From Sedimentisphaerales bacterium (GTDB taxonomy: Bacteria; Planctomycetota; Phycisphaerae; Sedimentisphaerales; SM23-30): a stretch of DNA of 64,000 nucleotides. The position numbers and the translations under genes were made by a program. Below the pieces are notes generated by a model that searched no databases, was not told where the DNA came from, and saw nothing but the letters and a program-made list of their open reading frames with translations. Of the stretch, positions 60,712 to 64,000 are shown in pieces. Where the stretch lies: NCBI GenBank assembly GCA_963663965.2, contig CAXXFK010000010.1:160001-224000 (forward strand), read 5' to 3'. Position 1 is the first letter of the stretch. Every line of letters starts with the position of its first letter.

Positions 60712-60743
60712 ATAGGATCCTGAATGATGAATAGATTTTGTGC

Positions 60744-63266
60744 TTAAGGCCAGAGTTGCGTGGACAGCCAGTGTTCCATCATATCAATGAAATCTGGCAG
60801 ATTGACATGTCCATTGTTATCAATATCCGATTGAGTATAAACCGGAACGATTGGCTGGTTGACCGAACCTCCATCAGGATAGGCCAGACCAACGATTTCC
60901 GAATGGTTTAACACCCGGTTATAAAGTCGCAAATCATCCAGCCAGACCTGAGTATCCTTGCCATCAAGCCCGATGGTCGTGATCCCTGCCACACCATCCA
61001 AAGTTAAAGTGGCATCTGAATTACGGGCTACCAGGATACCATGATGATAAATGGCTAATTCACCGGATTGGGTATCTTTGACAAGTGTATAATGATTCCA
61101 GTCCGGACCATAAGCAGAGACATCGGGCAGCAGCCAGTTAACCGTATCCCAGTTATAAAGGCTATTCGTTGCAGGAACTGGACCGACATAAGCCGAAACC
61201 TGCTCAACGGACTCCGGATAATCGTCAGCCAGTCCTTTGATCCAGAAACTCAGAGTAAAATCTGACTCGATTCCCTCAAAAACCGTTACCGGTAACTGGA
61301 TCTCACAATTATTTTCTAAAAGAACACACCCGTTTCCGTCGACTCCTCCAGTTTGCCAATGGGATGCCATCGTGCCTGGGATAATATCAGCATGCCGGGC
61401 ATTGAGTGAACTGTCATGAGCAACATCACCGGTTATTTCATTAAACCGGTACCAGGCCTGCAAACCAGAACTGGATGGCGCCATAGACTGAACCTGATAA
61501 TCCGCCAACAGCCAATCAGAAATGAGCATTTCCAAATCCAGCATATCGATTTGGCAATCCTGATTCAGATCAACCGCCACTCGATGCTGCGCCAGGCACC
61601 GTCTGGGATAAAGGGTAATATCATCAAAATAAACCTGCCCTGTCCCACCAGGCGATTGACCGGTTCCAATCCCAACCGCCATGGCAGTCACATGAGCCAG
61701 ATCCAGACCGGCTTGCGTAAAAGAAGCCAGCGGTAACTCACAAGTCTGCCATTCATCACGATTAACAGAAATATCGAAGACATTAACCGTAACAGTCTGG
61801 CTCAGGTCTTCTAGGGTAATATAAATTGGCTCATTATCGTTATTCGGGTGACCAAGCATCAATAAACTCACTGCTTTCATCGGGGTATGAAGCCAGTCAC
61901 GGGGCGATTCAAATTGACAGGTAGTTTCAGATCGATAGGGAGCACTTTGATTATCGTAATCTAACCGAATAGAACCATAAATACTCAGTTGAATCTGTGA
62001 ATTGGAGCCATTGGAACTGCCATCATCCCAAGTGGTCATAAGCGATTCGTTATCTATGTACGAATGGAAATCTTCGATGAGTTGATATTCCGGAATCCTT
62101 TGCGTTCTGAAAGACCAGACTGGTCCCGGATATTCCTGACCATTCTGGTGAATATCAATCCGCCAGTAATAAAGCGTATCATAATTAAGCAATTCATTCG
62201 ATGGAGCATAACTGGTTTCGGAACCAGTAACTGCTCCCAGCAGCACATCGGAACAGGCAGAATCTGTTCCGATATTGATATCAAAAGTTGCATTAACTGT
62301 ATTGACGGTTTGCCAGGATAAAGCAGTAAAAGGATCAATATCCTGACTGGTATCAGCGGGTTGGGGATTAATGGCTAGTGGAGTTGTCGGTATCAACGTA
62401 ATTTTAATATAACCGTCGGCAGCACCCGAAACGCTCTGGGCTTGATATTCAATATCGAAAGTATGTCCCTGGGTATTCACAATCTGGCCGAATGACGCTG
62501 GCCCGCCGCCATCCAGATTAATGATATCGTTTATCCCGCTGAAAAGGATCCAACTGTCACCAAACTGATAATTCCCTGCCAGGGTGATCTCTAATATTGA
62601 GTTCTGCCCCAGATAAAGCGGATACCCATCGGGATCGCCATTCGTTAATGTCGCCACCTTAGATCCGCTGATGACAAATGCCACCGTTCCATTGGAATGT
62701 ACCGCCATAATGTCTTTAGGAGCGGTTGCTACGGCGTCAGGATACCAGGTTAGTTTGCCGTTGATCACTTCGGCGCCTTTGATTGAATTCAGCCAGCCAC
62801 CGTCATAAACATTGACAAATCCCTGTCCACCGTATTGGTCACCGATAAAGATAAATGAACCCCCTCCCCGGGCATCCAGCGTACCATAAATTTCCGCATA
62901 GCCAACCGAGTTGGCTCCAACACCAATCTGGATATCTTCTCCGGAATTTCCTTTATAGACTTCGTGGCCGGCGTTCACGATTAAAGTGCCAATGGTTCCG
63001 TCCAGCCCAATAATAATATCTATATCCGGCTGATCGCCGGCTCCAAATGAAGCCGTGGTACTTGCCGTCAATCCGTTTTTTATGACCAGATCGTAATCAT
63101 CCCCATTTTGACTCGGCTGAGGTAATCCATTGGTCCAGTTGGCCGGATCATTAAAATTCTGATCCCCCTGGCTGTTGGTGAATATTGAAGCCGAATAGAG
63201 CTGTGAGCCAATTCCCGCCATCAACAAACATAAGAGACATCGAAAGGTCATGATTGAATGATTCAT
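60744..63266 (-). CDS. Secreted multidomain protein: passenger-like N-terminus, FN3-like module, CBM-like domain, LamG, two dockerin-like motifs
   Basis: Signal peptide, NFNDPANWTNGLP cap, PQPAD...YYWRID...PVWSF module, VDLNQDCQIDMLDL, AWYRFNE...LDDLRLYNRVL LamG, SDIDNNGHVNLPDF...HWL. ORF track starts at 63329. Confidence 0.8.
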   Translation of the reverse strand: MNHSIMTFRCLLCLLMAGIGSQLYSASIFTNSQGDQNFNDPANWTNGLPQPSQNGDDYDLVIKNGLTASTTASFGAGDQPDIDIIIGLDGTIGTLIVNAGHEVYKGNSGEDIQIGVGANSVGYAEIYGTLDARGGGSFIFIGDQYGGQGFVNVYDGGWLNSIKGAEVINGKLTWYPDAVATAPKDIMAVHSNGTVAFVISGSKVATLTNGDPDGYPLYLGQNSILEITLAGNYQFGDSWILFSGINDIINLDGGGPASFGQIVNTQGHTFDIEYQAQSVSGAADGYIKITLIPTTPLAINPQPADTSQDIDPFTALSWQTVNTVNATFDINIGTDSACSDVLLGAVTGSETSYAPSNELLNYDTLYYWRIDIHQNGQEYPGPVWSFRTQRIPEYQLIEDFHSYIDNESLMTTWDDGSSNGSNSQIQLSIYGSIRLDYDNQSAPYRSETTCQFESPRDWLHTPMKAVSLLMLGHPNNDNEPIYITLEDLSQTVTVNVFDISVNRDEWQTCELPLASFTQAGLDLAHVTAMAVGIGTGQSPGGTGQVYFDDITLYPRRCLAQHRVAVDLNQDCQIDMLDLEMLISDWLLADYQVQSMAPSSSGLQAWYRFNEITGDVAHDSSLNARHADIIPGTMASHWQTGGVDGNGCVLLENNCEIQLPVTVFEGIESDFTLSFWIKGLADDYPESVEQVSAYVGPVPATNSLYNWDTVNWLLPDVSAYGPDWNHYTLVKDTQSGELAIYHHGILVARNSDATLTLDGVAGITTIGLDGKDTQVWLDDLRLYNRVLNHSEIVGLAYPDGGSVNQPIVPVYTQSDIDNNGHVNLPDFIDMMEHWLSTQLWP

Positions 63267-63366
63267 TATTCCCCTTAGATAAATAGAAGACACAAAAGAG
63301 ATTACTTCAGCCATATTGGACCAGGCCAAAGTAATCTCAATTTTTTGCCAGATTCATCCACATCTC

Positions 63367-64000
63367 TTAAGGATTGGGATAGATCATATTATTAAGAAGC
63401 CATTGATCTATAAAAATATCAAGGTCTTCAACATCGACGATACAATCTCCATTCAGATCATAGGGAGATATTTCCACACAAACGCTTTCACCCGTCAGAT
63501 CGGCATAAAGCTGAGCGATTTCATAGGGGTCAATGGCATAGTTCCAGATCATAATCTCATCAACCAGCCCTTTGAAGCCGCCAGTACCATTGGGCCGCGC
63601 GGCCCCAAAAGTCAGGGGATCGGTATGCACATCAATCGCATTCATGTTTTCTGATGAGGTATCAATCAATATGCCATCAACATAAAGCTTTAAAAACTGG
63701 CCGTCGTATTGCCCGGCCAGCAGATGCCAGGCGCCATCCGTCAGAGTATCCAGACTGGCTACAGTCGCATCGGTGGCTTGTTTTAAGTTAAACTGGCCAA
63801 CATCGGGACAGCGCAGCATCCAACCAATACTGCCTCCATTGTCCTGTTTTGTCACCGCAGTCGCATACGCATTGACTTCATCGGCTTTCACCCAGGCACA
63901 AATCGTTAAGCCCTCTGGATAGAAGTTGAAGTATTCCGCGGCGCCTTCCTGATCGATTCGGACCACTTTACTGTTATTGTCAAACTGAATGGCTTTACCG
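63367..64000 (-). CDS. LamG-domain secreted protein with dockerin-like tail (5' part outside the window)
   Basis: Frame open to the window edge (GKAIQFD...), TICAWVK, WHLLAGQYDG..LKLYVDG, FKGLVDEIMIWNYA, YDLNGDCIVDVEDL...QWL. Confidence 0.85.
   Translation of the reverse strand, partial: GKAIQFDNNSKVVRIDQEGAAEYFNFYPEGLTICAWVKADEVNAYATAVTKQDNGGSIGWMLRCPDVGQFNLKQATDATVASLDTLTDGAWHLLAGQYDGQFLKLYVDGILIDTSSENMNAIDVHTDPLTFGAARPNGTGGFKGLVDEIMIWNYAIDPYEIAQLYADLTGESVCVEISPYDLNGDCIVDVEDLDIFIDQWLLNNMIYPNP

Overview
Chromosomal window from a probable Planctomycete, most likely Phycisphaerae/Sedimentisphaerales-like. This is inferred from the many secreted LamG/dockerin-like proteins, the sulfatases, a PEP-CTERM protein and an ECF sigma/FecR pair. 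The left third (1-21.2 kb) is core-like: cdsA(partial)-uppS-purA, dacB, membrane proteins, an M48 peptidase/YihY/AsmA-like operon, and a REC-PP2C/RsbW/RsbV partner-switching module fused to cheA-cheW-cheB-cheR with no MCP or CheY. It ends at tRNA-Pro(CGG), followed by a decayed tyrosine integrase. The remaining ~42 kb is accessory and secretome-rich, in three blocks. (i) An ECF sigma/anti-sigma pair precedes two tandem PHP phosphoesterases, a lectin-metallophosphoesterase and a sulfatase; the anti-sigma sensor domain is a close paralogue of a lectin domain in the enzyme. (ii) A ~20 kb surface-protein locus holds a PEP-CTERM gene, two paralogous beta-solenoid proteins with 855-bp and 615-bp internal tandem repeats, and a ~3,690-codon giant gene broken by three frameshifts. 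(iii) A sulfatase/LamG cluster contains a 162-bp MITE with a TTAA target duplication. A recurrent intergenic dyad TAAS-N17-STTA is also present. No CRISPR array, rRNA or reverse transcriptase was seen. All calls are by eye, without database searches.
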